Source: Klebsormidium nitens | Taxonomy: Eukaryota; Plantae; Klebsormidiophyceae | Direction: 5' to 3' | Assembly (NCBI GenBank): GCA_000708835.1 | Contig: DF237425.1 | Location: 4,322 to 68,321, forward strand | DNA: 64,000 nt | In this document: positions 46,001 to 60,400 of the stretch, piece after piece | How the letters are laid out: each line of letters begins with the position of its first letter | How positions within the stretch are numbered: the first letter of the stretch is position 1 | Translations under genes and position numbers: made by a program | The notes under the pieces: generated by a model | What the model was told of the DNA's origin: nothing | The model's input: only the letters and a program-made list of their open reading frames with translations | Database searches by the model: none

Positions 46001-49000
46001 GTCGATCCTTTCACAACGCTTGTCTTGGGAATTCCCCTCTTAAGGAGCAGGGATTCTTTGTAGCAAAGGATTCAATCTTCTCCTATCACGGGCTTCCTAT
46101 GATTGCATACTCCGAGGTGTCCTGGAACGGGATTCTGCTGCCGTCTTCAAGAGCCGACATCTCATGGTTTGATAAAAGCGTTGCGCCCGTAGTCGTGTAG
46201 TTCAGTGTGATCCAGCGCTTGGTGTGGTCTTAGTGGACTTGCAATGAGATTTGGCAATCGCTCAACCATGACAGCCCCTTTCTGCAGGAGGAAGCCACAG
46301 GGAGGTGGGAGCACCTGACAGGAGAGGGCACGGTTACCAGGACGGACCTTTTCCGCGAACACCAGGTAAGTCACGATCTCCCATGTGAATTTGTACCGTC
46401 ATTGTGCGTGTCATGTGCACTCTTTTTGGGTTATGCATCTTGTGGAGCTGAGTTGTTCCATCCGAAGTTTCTGGCAAGTTTTCTGAGTCTTGAGTACTTG
46501 GACTGAGTTCCATAGCAAGGCACGCAACAGAAGGGAGAGAGTGATGCAGTGTTTCTTCCGGAGGCTTCTCACAAAGATGTACACTTTGTGAGAAGCTATC
46601 TCGTCACTTTCGGACATTTCGTGTGCTCACCATCTAGACGGTGCTCGCAGATGGCTTCCATGGTCAGGGGCACTACGGACCTCCCCCGCCTCGTTCGGCA
46701 GACACCTGGCGGCGTGAAGATGATCATCACGGCCCTGCCAGCGCGGACAGCTGGAGAAAGGACGGGCCTCATGGGGGCGACACCTGGCGTCGGGAGGCGG
46801 GGCCTGCGCATCCTCATCCAGAAGATAGGTAAGAGGCTGTGTAGCGTGATCAACGTGTCCCATCTGACTCAGCGTTTTAAGCCAGCTCATCTGAACTGTT
46901 TCTCAGTGTTTGCCCGATGAAGTATGCGAAAAAGTTGTTAAGCTAATGCGAGGATCGGCTGTTCATTGGAGTAGGAGGTCAAACAGATTTTACCATATCA
47001 AGTTCACACCCCAGATCGTAATGCTGAAAGGTATCTTGCTGGAACACGAGGCATGCCATTCAACACTTGCCTTTCCAACTCTGGTGGTCCTCTCTTGAAA
47101 GTGATCTGACTTTGAGTGCCATTTTGGAAGTTCCTCCGACGCGATTCACCTTTGCTTGGGTACGAGCATGAGCATCCTCGAAAATCTGGTGTTTTCTGTA
47201 TGTACAGGTGGCGCAGGGAGGGCCCTCCACCTGGCGGCTTTGCAAATCAGGGCCGCTTCCCTCCTGGGGGGCATTTCCAGCCCCCAGGCCCTGCTGGCTA
47301 CGGCCGGGGCCACCCCCCCGACCCGTACCAGGTGCACCTGCTTCCTGGTCACCGGCCAGGTTCCGCTGACGGTTTTCAAGGACGGCAGGCTTTCGGGGCC
47401 TTCGACGATAGGGGCTTTGCTCCAAGGGGGGGGAATTTCGCCCCTGGCTATGGTCCCCCACCACAAAATATTGATCCCCGGTACTCGCGGGGGCCGCTGC
47501 CGGGGCACCGGGGTGAGCCGTTGGACGATCGAGGAATGGGAGAAAGGACTTTCGGGCCGATTGGCCCTCGTGGGGAGCCGAAGGGGGATAGAGCGAGGGG
47601 TCCAAATGATGGGCATGACGATGTGCCCGCAAAAGACCCTGTTTCGAAGGAAGATGCTCACGACCAGCAGTCCAAGAAGCCGCGCACGGGGCAAGCGGGG
47701 CCTGGTGGCGAAGGGGCGGCTGCTCCAACGACCCCCCGTTCGCATGGGGCGAAGGAGGGGCACATCGACTGGGCCTCCGAGAGCCTGGATGATGCGATGG
47801 ACTTCTCTGAGCCCCCCCCGGTGTTCGGAGATGCAACTGTAGACGAGCCTCCAAAGCCGCCTTTTGCAGCCGAGGGGTCCGAGGGCCTTCCTGAAGTTGA
47901 CAGGCCGGGCCTGCCAATGCCTCCCCACGAAAGAGAGCGGAGCTTCGGGGAGAGGGATTCCCCCGGTTTCGGCGGACCTTCTGTAGGCCGCGATCATCCC
48001 GGTTTTGGGGGCCGCGAGCCAATGGGCTTTCAGCAGAGGAGGGACTACCCCCCAGGTCCGGGTTTCATGGGCCCGCATCCCGGTCGGGGGGTGGGTCGGG
48101 GTTTCCCTGGTCCCCCCGGTCCGATGATGCGCCCGCCCATGCAGTTTCCTGGCATGCACCCCGGTTTCGTAGGGCGTCCTGCGCACGTGGGGCATGATCC
48201 AGCGATGCACATGATGAGGCCGCCAGCCCCCCCTTTTGAAGCCCCGCATCCGCGACCGCACCCAAGGCCCCACAAGGTGGTCGAGGTGCCCGCTCACGCA
48301 CCTCCCGAAAATTTCCGGCTCCTGAAACGGACTGAGGAGCAGTCGAAGCCGTCTGAAGAGGGGGAGGCGTCTAAAAGCCCTCACGGGGGGCTCCAACCTG
48401 TCGTTGGGGAAACGTTGGAGAAGAAAGCTGGACCGGATGTTGTGGGTTCAAAGGGGCCAAGTGGAAATGGAGCGGCGGGGACAGCTTCTCCGAAGGCATC
48501 GCCGGGGCTGCCAGTCAAGGAGGCGCCTTCGGCGGAGCAGATGAGCGAGCTCGACTTCGATGCTCAGGTATCGGCTTCAGCCTTCGAGAATGGTCGTTTG
48601 GTTGTTGGCATGGTCTGGAATTACAGAGGTCTTCTTATTGCGTCCTTGGGCTTAATGGGGATTGTCACTGCCGGGCACCTTTTCTGATACGCTAGTAGTA
48701 CCGTCGTGTATTCATCATCTTGTTCGACGGCTGAAGAGAGTAAGAGAGAGGAGGACACTGGAAGCATCACATTCAATATGTCAAACAACCGAAGAGAATT
48801 GCCATCAGCAGTAAAACAGAAGATTGACGTTTGGCGAACTGCGCCTCCAAGGCTCACCTCAGCGTTTCGGGTGGCAACACCCTTTCAATACTGCTGGACG
48901 AGCAGCAGAAACTGCGATCATTGGATCCTTCTTGCCCCTTGAAGAGCAGGAAAGTATTGTTGGGCTTTCCTTGTTAGCTTGCCTCTTTGGCAGCGGCCCG

Positions 49001-52000
49001 AAGCGCGCCAAGCTTCTACTTCGATACCCTGCCCTGTCTGATTCGTCGTGTTCTCTGTTTCTCTTGGCAGCGGCGGAAGCTGCGCGAGGAGTCACTCGAG
49101 AAGGCCCGCAAGCTGGAGCTCGAGTACAAGCAACGGGACCAGCAGATCCTCCTCGCCAAAGCACAGGCGCAGCAGCTGTCTCATCCGCCAAACCAAGACT
49201 GGACGAGAGCTCTGCCTGCGGGTGTCTCCCCACCTGACGCACCTGTAGAGTCGGTGGGAGATCTCCCCTCGGGGGGCCCGAGCGACAGGTGGATCCGTGG
49301 GGGCGGAAGAGTGGGAGGGGGAAGAGGTCGTGGGGAGAGAGACGGGGGAAGAAGAGGGGGCCACCAGGGGCGGCCTGAAAGCGGCGGGGACGGGGAGAAA
49401 ACCTTGTCAGGGGGACAGCATGTGAGCGTGGAGCATGGGCTGACTGGGCCGCCTCAGGTCAGTCTAGAGGGTTCAATGCGCCATGCGGACTGCGGGTTGA
49501 GCTGAACCTGGTCATAATCTGATCAAGAACGGTCGACTCGCTGAGATGATATCTTTGATTGTTTGACTGGTTGCATTTGAGGTGGCAACGGGAAGAAGCC
49601 TCAGCAGTACGGCCTTAATCTGACTGTACTTAACGCTGGTGCAAAGTCGGCCAGCACATCTGGCTTCCTTGCAAAGCATTCCAGGATCGTCTGGGGTGGT
49701 TGTGGGGGCTGATCTTAGCCATACGACTCAGGACTCTTTCTGTGTTTCTCCCAGAAACATTCAGAAACATTCAGAAGCATTCTCCTCGGTTGACGATGTC
49801 AGTAGTATAATAGGAGCGCTTTTTCTTGAGCATGAAATAATCACAGCCAATGGACAATTTTCATCATCTGCTCACTTCCAGGTACTGGAGTTGAGCGCTC
49901 AGCACCAAGCCGGTGCGAGTCGCGGACGTGGTCGGGGGCCCGCCCGGGGCCGCGGCGACTCTGGCAGGGGCAGCAGCAGTCGGGCAGACTCCTCCTCTTC
50001 CTCCCGCGACGAGCATCAGAGCCAGGGGGGTAGTTTCGCCCACCTTTCGCAGGCCCCCGTGGGAGAGGTTCGCCGGATTGAGGTCGGGCCGCAGCCTTTT
50101 GGGGAGGCGCAGCTTGACTTGGACATCAATGAACCGACTCCGCATCTGCAACCGTCCGCAACGGCGGAGCCGAGGGGAGTTGGTGGTCCTGCGCCGGTGG
50201 ACGATGAGAATAGGCACGGGGGCAAGGGGCCCGGTCGGAACCAGCGGCCTGAGAGGGCCAATTCACACCAGCGGGCGCAGCATCAGAAGCGTCCCTCGGA
50301 TCCACAAGAAGCTCCCAAGGCAGTAGAGGTAGTTAGCCACCAGCCGTCTCCAAGGGGTGTTAATATGCCCCCCGTCAGCCCACAAGACCAGCCGCCACTC
50401 TTAGCGTTGCCCGTTCACACCCCCTCTCAGAAGGGGATCCTGCCGGACCCGCGCCAAGTCCCTCGGTCGCCCGTCCAATCTGGGCCGCCTCACTTTGATG
50501 TGAAACCCTCCGGAGTTTTTGAGCAGCCACACCCGAATCCCTCTTCCGCTCGTAACCGGCAGCCTCGACAAGCCCCGAAGCTGGCGGATCTGCCCGCCGC
50601 CTCCTCCCAGGGGGTCGAACAAGGCCTAAACGCCCCCCCCCCGGAGCAGCACAGGCCGGTGTCCTCTCAGGACGCCCGGAAAGGCGCGGGCGGTCACGTC
50701 GAGCAGTCACGAAAGTCCCCCCGGATGCCTCCCGGCGAAGTGAATGTGCCGCCTCAAAGTCATGGCCAGCAAATTCAGCAAGGACGGGGAGGGGCGCAGC
50801 TGCCTGGTGCGCATGGCCCTGTGCGTATGGAGGGCCAGCAAAGGACCCCGGAAACGGGTCACGTGGCGACTGGCTGGGGGGAGATCCCAGTGCAGGGCCC
50901 CTCTGGTTGGATGCACCCCCCTGAGATGGCGTCCGAACGGCCATCTGACCAGGTAGCAAGGCACCCGAACCCTCAGCCCCAACACTTCCCGAACCATCCC
51001 CAGTTGCAGGCGCGACAACCCCACCCCAACTTTGCTCCAAACGCGCATCCCCCCCAAGGGGCGGGGTGGGTGGTTCCGACTTCGACACAGCCACGAGAAG
51101 GCCGGAATGAAATTAGGGGTGGGGAGAGACAGATGGCCGGTCCTCCAGGGGCGCACGTTCCAACCGGTTGGCCCGATCAGCCGCGGCCTCACCTTATCGC
51201 CGCCGACCTTAACCCTCACCTTAACCAGCCCCGTGGACCCATCCCGCAGGGGGGGTACAATCCCATGGGTCTCAGGCCCCCGGCCGGGGGCTTCGCTGTT
51301 CCGATGGGGCCCCCGCAGCAGCAAATGGGACCCCCCCCGAACGCGCAGTTCCACCACGACAACCGACCGGTCAGCGAGGACGGTCAGCGGACGCCCAGGG
51401 GGCATTCACACCAGAGGGGCCATGGGCAGAGAGGAAATGCGCACCCAGGTGAGGTCGGGCCTGAAGCGAGGCTGCCTCACGGAGGTGGGCCGGGAGCGAC
51501 GGGTTGGGGGGTTCAGCCCGAGATGTGGCTGCCGGGGCCACCGCAAAACCAGGGGGGTAAACCGACGGGCTGGGATGTGCCCCCCGCTGAAGGCGGAGTC
51601 CAGGGGCCCAGGCCGGAAGGCCTTGTTAGACCGGAGGCCGGTCGGCCGCAAGTGGGCGTTCAGGACGCGCGGAAGCTGGAACAGGGCCCTGAGAGAAGCG
51701 CGGACGGGCAGGGAGAGGGTGGGGCGAGGAAGAAGCGGGACGGGAGGCGAGAGGGCAGGGGGTCGAGGAAGGGCCGGGGCAGTGGCAAGTCGGAGAACTC
51801 AGAAAACGTGGAAGATGCGGCAGGTGGGTTGCTTCCTCTTCAAGCTCCGCAAACAGCACACTGCACCCTTTTGGCTAGAGAACAAGACCGCGTAACGACC
51901 TCTGTACGGCTCCGTTGTGGGCTGGGGGTCGCCGAGCTATCCGCTTTTCAGCTCCTCTTTTTCAGAACACGCTCAATCAGTCCGCTCACTTCACTGACCA

Positions 52001-53918
52001 TGGATCATGCCATTGGATGAAGGAACGTTCCTGCTTGTGAGATAAGCCTTGATCTCGAACATGAACAGGATACTGGCGTCCATTCAAGAAGGCGTCGCAA
52101 CGTGCAGTCAAGAAGGCTTCACAATGAGCAAGTAGTAATATATGAACTCACAGAATCTTGCTTCATTTCCTACAGGCGATAGCCCCCCAGAGTTCGGGCC
52201 TGACGGCGCCCACATCCGGCGTCGGACCCACCCCACGCAAAGAGGTGCTCGGGGGCGGAGCGGCCGTGGGGGGGACAAGAACAGGGAAGGCGCGCCTGCT
52301 TCTCCACCCCCTGGGACGGAGAACCGCGGTCCAAGACCCGAGGGAGTACGACTACCCCCCACAGATGAGCAGCAAAACCGACCCCCCCAAGCAGAGCTGC
52401 GAAAAGCAGCCCCCCAGGGAGAGCAGCGGATTGCACCCCCCCAGGGTGAGCAGCAAAAACCACCCCCGCAGACCAAGCAGCAAGGCGTTCCCCAAGCGCA
52501 GCAGCCGAGACCCCCCCAGAAGGAGCAGCAGCCTCGGCCCCCCTCTGGACAGCAGCCAAGCGGACACCCCCGGAACGATCAGCAAGCGCCACCCCCCTAA
52601 AAGAGCAGCAGCAACGGCCCCCCCAGCAGCAAAGAGCCCCGCAGCCGAAACCGCAGCCGAAACCCGCCCAAAAGGAGCAGCAGCCGCGGCCGGCGGTGCA
52701 GAACCAAGAAGGGGGGGGGCCGAAAGCAGAGGGCGAGAGGGGTCCGGCACCCCCCCAGAGAGGACGGGAGCGGAAGATGCGGCCAGTGCCAGCTGAAGTG
52801 GCAACCAAAGCGTCTGGAGCAGAGTCCGGGGGGCACGGGGGAGCGAGCAGCGAGGGTCCGATGAAGAACGGTGGAGGGGCAGGGACAGGTAACCAGGCGA
52901 GAGCTCGCACGCCGAAACCGGATGCGCAGACTTCTAGAGGGCCTGCCCAGCGGGGGCCGCAGGAAGGGCAGCCTAAAGCTCCTCAAGGAAGCGTTGCTCC
53001 GGCGGCGACGACGGTTGGCGAGAAGAATGTGAGCAGCGAGGTCAACGCTAACCCGGAGGTCAACGCTAACAAGCCGAGGAAACCGGAGTTGGCTCGTTTT
53101 CGACCAAAAGGAGCCTCCACCGAAGGTGGGAGCCAACCTGCGGAGCAGCACGAGAGCGGGGGGGTCGCAAACGCCCCGAAACCTGTCCCCCCGGCTGATC
53201 GGCGGAAGGGACCCAACCGAGGAAACGCTGTAGCTGCGGCCGCGGCGTGGAAGGAGATCCAGACCGGGGGTCCGGAAACGGCTAAGCTTCCCGCCAGCGA
53301 GGCCCGGCAGGAGGCGACCGCTAGAGCTTCCCAGGGGCATGGTTGGGAGATGCCGCCGCAGCAGGGGGGGAACTCGCAGCCCAGACCGCAGGGGCCAGCG
53401 CACCCCCTCGGGCAGCATCCTGGGGGCGTGATTGGGCCTCATGCGGAAGGTGGGGGGAGGGGAGCGCGTGGAAGAGCGGTGAGGGGAGGGGGGTTCCGGG
53501 GCGGAAGAGGCAGAGGGTTTGACGGATCGGAACACAGAGAGGAGCATGGGCCGAGGACTGTGGTCAAAGCGGGTTTGCAAGGTGAGGGATTGGCCCGTTG
53601 CAGGAGGGACTGGCCGGCTCTTGGGTTTCAAGGGTTGAACTTCGTTTGCGAAAGCGCTTACGAACTCTTTATCCAGTGCGTTCAGAAGGCTTAGAGCTAC
53701 TGTCAAGTCAGCCTGTCTGGAGGATAAGATACAGGGAAAAGGGGCGCACTCCATTTGGCTCTTTGTGAGCAACGTAGGGAGTTGCGTATTAAGCGCTGAT
53801 ATTGCTATGCAAGTTCTTGGAGACGGCAGCGTCTCTCGGTCTGCATCTGACATGTACTGATGATTCTATCTTGCTGCCTCCAGTGGATCCTGTTCTGTCC
53901 GCCTTTGCTGAGAGATGA
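43028..53918 (+). CDS. MOS1: MOS1-like / BAT2_N (PRRC2-related) Pro/Gly/Gln/Arg-rich protein; one frameshift as assembled
   Basis: N-terminus MLGGEKR-GVPARRGLTVLGKIPAVPKPINLPSQR-LENRGLDPNVEIVPK-GSFGW matches the plant MOS1/BAT2_N start. Exons 43028-43047, 43961-44041, 44290-44334, 44730-44910, 45231-45446, 45888-45975, 46288-46365, 46651-46828, 47208-48567, 49071-49457, 49882-51823, 52176-53581 (shift at the C run 52592-52597), 53884-53918 (last exon tentative). Confidence 0.8.
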
Positions 53919-56900
53919 GCTGCGCTTGCGTGTCCCCTTCGTGGCCTAGGCTCCGAATGACCCGCTCTTACCGGAACAAGAAATCAGTGAGGAAACGGCT
54001 CTGTTGACGGCTGTATTCTATCTGCTGCAGGCAAGGACGTTATAGTCGCCTCTCAGGGCCACAATCGCCCGATGGGGCCGTCTTCCGGCTCTAGTTCCAA
54101 CCCTCCGAGGCAAGTTGTAGGCCCTGGCATATCTGCTGTCGTCTAGTCGTAGACCTCTACAGTCGTACAACTAGACTGGAGGGATCGGGGCAGATGATGA
54201 CGTGGGTTTTGCTGGAGCAGTCGTAATGGGCTGTCCAAATCTGATGGGGTCAGTCTGGCCCTCAGTTAGGTTGCTCCGCGAGCAAGTAGCCTCAGTTTCA
54301 TAAGACTAGCGCAAGCCACAGTTGAGTCTTAGGTTAGCAGGCTCCTGGCACAGCTTCAGCCTTGGCCGGCTAGGAACATGTTACTGACACGTATGTTGCA
54401 AACTGTACGCTGGTTTTGCACTTTCATTATGCTCATTGCCGGCCTGAACATCAACTGAGTGACCTAATTGCCTTGCGCTCGTTGATTCTGGATGATTGAG
54501 TGCTTCTCTTTCTGATGATGGTGCCGAATCGCTAAAATGGACTCTTTTCCTTGCCGTGTGCGGCCCCCTGTTATTCAATGCGCTGCGCTAGTTTCATGAT
54601 AAGCAAAGATTGGGAACATCCTGCTGCCTGATCGAGCAAGACTGACAAGCGTAATAATGGATCAATGCTTTCTTCAGACTTTGCGCTTTTGATTGGCAGA
54701 TGGAACTTGTTGTCTGAAGCCTGGTGTCTGAGTTGCTTTTGTGGGGACGGTGGTAGTTTCGCATGTTGCACAACGTGCATGAGTTGTACTTAACTTGCAT
54801 GATTGGTGTGCTTGACTTAAAATCGGAGTCAATCACTGCTGGCATGAGAAGATCGACATGTGGCTGTACGTGACGAGGACCAGCCTTCGGCAGATAAGCC
54901 GAAGGCGTTTCATGATCAACGGCTCTGATGCTTGATGATGATCGAAGCAGGATTGTTAAGTCAGTCAGAAGGTGCTTTCCATCGGCGGGAGTGTGTTAAG
55001 TTGCACGTGGATCGGTCCTCCTGCTTGTGGTCTTGCAATTTTGGTCTATGGGAGATTTCGCATTGCAGCGGCGAACTTTGGACAACCATAGTACTATACA
55101 TCAGCATCCGTGCTGCCAATCATACCGTCGGCTCGATGATGGAGGATCGAATTGGCCTTGCGCCCACATGTTCGGCGCGCTACAACGTATTGCCGCGATC
55201 TGTCTGCAATTCAATTGCTGATTTTAGATCAAGCGATTGGCGTGCAAGCGTTTAAAAATTCCTGGAAGCCTTGTGCGCTATCTTCTTAGCTGCTGACAGT
55301 CTGATACATACTGGCAAAGTTAGTATTAGCCCTTCGCTTGGATTCTTTCGTTGATTTATGGAGCACTCTTATCAATGTCCATTGAGAAGGTTTCAAAGCG
55401 CGGAAGCCAGGATGTACTGAAGAGAAGATCTTTTTGCTACTTCAGTCCAGTTTCCTCAAGGGAGCAAAGAGCCACTTTTAGGGCTGTTGCCCCCTGCTTC
55501 TCCCCCCAAATGGGATTGGGGTGGCTCTTCACTCCACCCTTTCGAAGAATAATGGCCCTGCACGGACCGAAGGCTCTGCCGTACAAAACACACAAGTTTT
55601 TTTATCTTCGCTCGAAATCTCTTGTTTGCGCCCCTTGCTACTGTACCGACCTTGTTGTTCCTTGCTCGGAAGCGCGCGAGGTTGCTAGCGAAAAAGTGCC
55701 GCACGAATCATTGGTCAGACGAGGGGCTGGTTCATATCTATGATACTCGTACATGCTTCCGAAGTCCACATTTTGGTGGGTGACTCGTTCACTGATGCGC
55801 TAAAACATCGCTGCCATTCAGTTGATTACCTCAGATTGAGCAGATTGAACCATGGTTAATGCAGAAATTGCGGTCGGGCGCTAAGTTCCATGCAGGTTCT
55901 GAGACGGGCAACTGCCATGCAACTCCGCTTCTACCTACTAAAGCTCCAGCTGTAAGGTTCCCGTCAACTTGCAACTGAAATCAGGAGCGGTGTTTCAGCA
56001 TGGTTCCGTCCTAACCAGCCGCACTTGGAAAAATACGGGTCACGGCTTTTAGTGGTTAAGGTTGTATATTTTATGGATGCGACGTCAACGTCCGTTGAGC
56101 TTACTTCGTTTCCGGTCAGAGTTTGCTGAGTCCTTAGGAACCGGTCAGAACCCCTTCCGTTGAGCGGAGAGTCTATGCGCTCCGCTGCTGTTGCTCGTTG
56201 GCAATTTTGACTCTGCTGCTTCGGACTGGAAGCGTTGCTCTGATTGCTTTGGTGCTAGTAATGGTGAGTGACAGTTCTGATTAGGGCGCACAATCCGCCT
56301 GTTGAATCACTCCGATTCTCGAAGCTCCCGTGCCGTTAAAATGCCATACTCAGGCAACGACAGTGTGCTGATAAAAGTGCAGTCTCTTTGCTCCGCGTCA
56401 GAGTCCAGGCTTTCTTCCCTGTTCCAGCAGTGACGAGCTGAACGGATCTGGCCGAAAGGCCAACAATTTGTTTGACACCACGGCCGATGCTGTTTCCAAG
56501 CAAGCGACTTCACACCCCTGTGCCTCACTTTGAAGACCGGCCAGAATTTGGCTGGCGTCCGCCACGTAACAGAATAGGTGGCCCTATTTGTCTCTCTACC
56601 GTAGTGGAGACCAAGCTTACAAGGTACAAAGCCTTGGGGGCGCGGATCGATCTTGAGAAGGACCCAGTCAATCTCTCTCGACGGCTTATTGATTGATGGG
56701 CGCTAACGCCTTTCTCTTTTTTGTTTTCATATTCTGAATCGCGCGAAAAAAGCCAAACCTTTATACGGCTCTTGTGATTCGGCCATCAAGCTTTTCCCGG
56801 CTCCTTGCGCTCCGTCATTTGTATTTTGTTCAAATTTTTCGACATGCTCGTTTATTACAAGCCTGGCCGACTACAAGTTCGGGCTCCAAAGTGCTGGCCG

Positions 56901-57115
56901 AGGTCAACCAATCTGCTCATCACATTCAGTGCGGCAGCATCGGTTAAGTGGGCGTCCTGACTGTAACGCCTGACGTCAGAAAGCGACACGAAGGTGGAGT
57001 GCTCAGGCATATCGTCGCCGCGATACACGTCGAGAGAACTTGTCGCGGCGACTGCAAAGCAGATCTGGCACTAACCGTGTCGCTCAGTGTTTCGCGGCGC
57101 CCTGACGCCCTCTTT

Positions 57116-57484
57116 NNNNNNNNNNNNNNNNNNNNNNNNNNNNNNNNNNNNNNNNNNNNNNNNNNNNNNNNNNNNNNNNNNNNNNNNNNNNNNNNNNNNN
57201 NNNNNNNNNNNNNNNNNNNNNNNNNNNNNNNNNNNNNNNNNNNNNNNNNNNNNNNNNNNNNNNNNNNNNNNNNNNNNNNNNNNNNNNNNNNNNNNNNNNN
57301 NNNNNNNNNNNNNNNNNNNNNNNNNNNNNNNNNNNNNNNNNNNNNNNNNNNNNNNNNNNNNNNNNNNNNNNNNNNNNNNNNNNNNNNNNNNNNNNNNNNN
57401 NNNNNNNNNNNNNNNNNNNNNNNNNNNNNNNNNNNNNNNNNNNNNNNNNNNNNNNNNNNNNNNNNNNNNNNNNNNNNNNNNNNN
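57116..57484. other. Assembly gap (369 N)
   Basis: Run of N characters. Confidence 1.
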
Positions 57485-60400
57485 AATCCTACGGCTTACT
57501 ATTTCTAAACTGTGCCTTCATCCTCTTTGGTGGGCGGGACGTGACGATTTGGCGATGATTATGCAAATCTCGGCCGGGAGCCGAGAGCTCGACGGTGCGA
57601 AGTCGGATGCCACTCTGCAAGGATTGGGTCACACCCCGTCATACTCTTTCGCAGTCTTTGCGTCCGCACAGATCCCGCCTGTTATCACGTAACGTGGCAG
57701 CTTACTTCTTTAGCCCTAACCGATTGTTGCCTTGTCTTCGAGCGCTCAAGGAAGTTCAGATGAAGTTGCGGAAGCATGCAGCAACAGGTGCATGTCGCCA
57801 CCATAACGATTGCAATTTATAAACTTCCATGATGGAGAAAAAGATCGCCCGTGTCATTACGCACTTACAAGATGCCTACATAAACGACGATTGTTTGCTC
57901 GGGGACAGCCAAGTACCGAATATTGTAACATATTGAGTCTCGCCAGGCTATTCTATATCAGCTATGCGACTAGGCGAAGACGATTGGACGTGAATCGTGT
58001 GCCAGTATTGCTGCGTCGGCTGGCGGCTAATTCGTTCATTACGGTCCGAAACGGATCACTACAACCGCCAGCACTCGCGCTGCCCTTCCGTTCCTGTGGT
58101 AGGACCCAGGTGGCTGAATGTGTTCAGAAGTCTTAGCTAGTGAACATCTTTTCCTCTGAAACGGCTAGATCCCACACTAGAGCTCCTGTCTTTGTCCTCT
58201 TGTCGATGAAGAAGGATGCTGATGAACCTTGCCAGTCACGCATATGGTGCTTCTGTTTTTCTCTGATGCTCGACCACTGCCTTCAAACCGGAGACCCTTT
58301 GCGGAGCTACGATCGCCGACCGAAGCTAGCTGCATGTGCCGCCTGAGTGGGCTCCATGTGCTGGCCCGCACTGATCAATTTGCCGAATGCGCGCGCGCAA
58401 GTAGACTTCGTCGCTTTTGCTTTGAGAGATCACGTCGAGTATCTAAATCAATTGCAAGTGAATATCAGTGTAGTGGTACTTTCTTGCCTGAGTTGATTGT
58501 GGAGCTTGACGTGCGCCACCTTCCAACACCGGTTTTTCGTATTTTTACGCGACCAGATTTTGTATTTTGTGATCTTGTTTGTACGTCAATCGAGGAGAAT
58601 AGGGGCAATGATAATGGTTATCTGGCGAACGCGTCAGCAAGTTTCGCATTTCAGAGGAGCCGACTGTCCGTATTTCATCTTGTTGTCAAACAATGCCGCT
58701 CAGATGCATGACCGCGTGCCTCAAGAATAACGGTCTCACTGGCTACGCGTATGTTGTTCAGAGTCCTTTTATAGTAGTCTGCATGCATCCCAAGGTATGT
58801 TTCTGAACGATGGTGTACGTCGAATAAAAAAGATAAATGCGAGCACTTCCATTCAAGAAGAGAGCTCCGCCTTTCCTCGGAGTGTCCGATTGATTCACAG
58901 AAACATAGACGACCCGCATCATTTCAGAGTGTTCAAGTGGGTATACGTCCGCTCTAGTAAGGTCAGAGAACGCATTGGGTTTGCACGTCCGTCTACCATT
59001 CGAAAAGGACGAAGCTTCATTCAGTGCGCACGTCCAGCAACGAAGTTCTCATTCCTGGCCTACCTAGCTCCTTGTGCCAGTGCGGTTTCGATCGTTTGAG
59101 CTGATGCTGTCGGGTCTTACTCGCGGATCTCGCGCAAAGTATGCGCCGGATCATGGAAACGTTTTGTTTGTTTGTTTTGTTTGTTGGATAAGCGGCAAGC
59201 GAGGAGCTATCGGCCTAGGCACGCTGACTCGTTTCGTAACTCGCAGCAAATTGAACTTTCTCAACAGTTAGGGAGCCCGTAGTCTGAGGCGCTTGAGGCA
59301 ACCAGATCATATCGCCTTTCGTGCATCGGAAAGACTACGGCGGCCTTGATTGGTCAGCCTGGCTTTGATTTTCCAAGGTTCACTGGTGGTTCCGCTTTTC
59401 CCTGTCGAATATCGTACTTGACCTGCTAACCCACGCCGCCTCACGAGCTGTTTAAGAACGCTAAGATTTGCGCCATGAGTCTCCTGGGCAGGAGGTTGGA
59501 AAACCGTATTTTTTTCCTTGAGTGCCATTTTCATGCTCCTACCACTTGATCACGTCAAGCGGACCTCGCCTCCTAAACGAGAGACCAATTAAGTAGGACT
59601 GGGGCTGGTCCTTCAAGCTGTTGCTGTCGCCTACAGCATCTGCATCGCTCTCCTCCATTGATCGGCGTTGCGGGCGTAATGTTCACAGTTTGACAGGTTT
59701 GGCATGTTCAAAGATTCCGAGTGGGAACAATGTCACTGTCACATCCTGGAACGGAGCTCATGGGCCTGGGATCGTGACATCATGTGGCAGTGATGACGGT
59801 CTGCTTGGCCACGTGGCCAGAGGGGCTCGCATCCTGATGCCACTGGTACGCACCTCATTCTGGTCGCTTCTCCAATCCTTTCTTAGGAGCTATCAAGTTC
59901 CTTTTCAATCCGGTCGATGTTCAGACTAGGCTTCGATTAGTACCACTACGAAAGGTTCAGATAAGAAACAAGTGGTCTTAGCAGCGCTACGTGGGCTGTT
60001 GGGTGGGTTTTCGGCGTGCTTTTCCATGTGCACCCCGTTCTCCGGATTCACATGCAAAGGGATATGTTGCGGCCACCTTGTTTACTACACCGCTTTAGTA
60101 GCTTCTCGTCCCCTGACGAGCTTGGTTCTTATGAACACGGTTACATCCGTCGGCCGTTCCATTCTCCTGACCGTTCCATTTTCCTGATGGCCGTGCCAGA
60201 ATAGAGCGCTTCTGACTTCGACGTACCCGATGATGGGAAGGTTCAACGCGCTTCCGAAAAGTGATTGCTATTCGGAAGCAAGCTCGAGCCACTTCTGCGG
60301 CATTATTTGGATGTATATGTCGTCGAAAGTGTGCCTTAATCTCCTCCTCACAACCTCACTCCACTCCGAACCTCCTCCGACCCTTTGTTTTGCCGGCGGT

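Noticed and set aside
52590-52605. Programmed ribosomal frameshifting at the three shift sites
   Set aside because: All three sit in simple homopolymers in unrelated genes with shifts in different directions; sequencing error is more parsimonious until reads are checked.
47060-53853. Long minus-strand and alternate-frame ORFs (47060-48022, 47146-48396, 50375-51094, 52170-52910, 52597-53853 and others)
   Set aside because: Shadows of the low-complexity, GC-rich MOS1-like exons, where stop codons are rare in all frames.
54194-54243. ATGATGA..CTGA as a C/D box snoRNA
   Set aside because: Too short and no terminal stem.
56948-57692. ORFs of 186 and 201 aa
   Set aside because: They consist mostly of X residues from the N gap.
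59307-59534. LKQLVRRRGL..KARL resembling a SAP motif
   Set aside because: Spacing does not fit the motif, the ORF is isolated, and there are no supporting exons.
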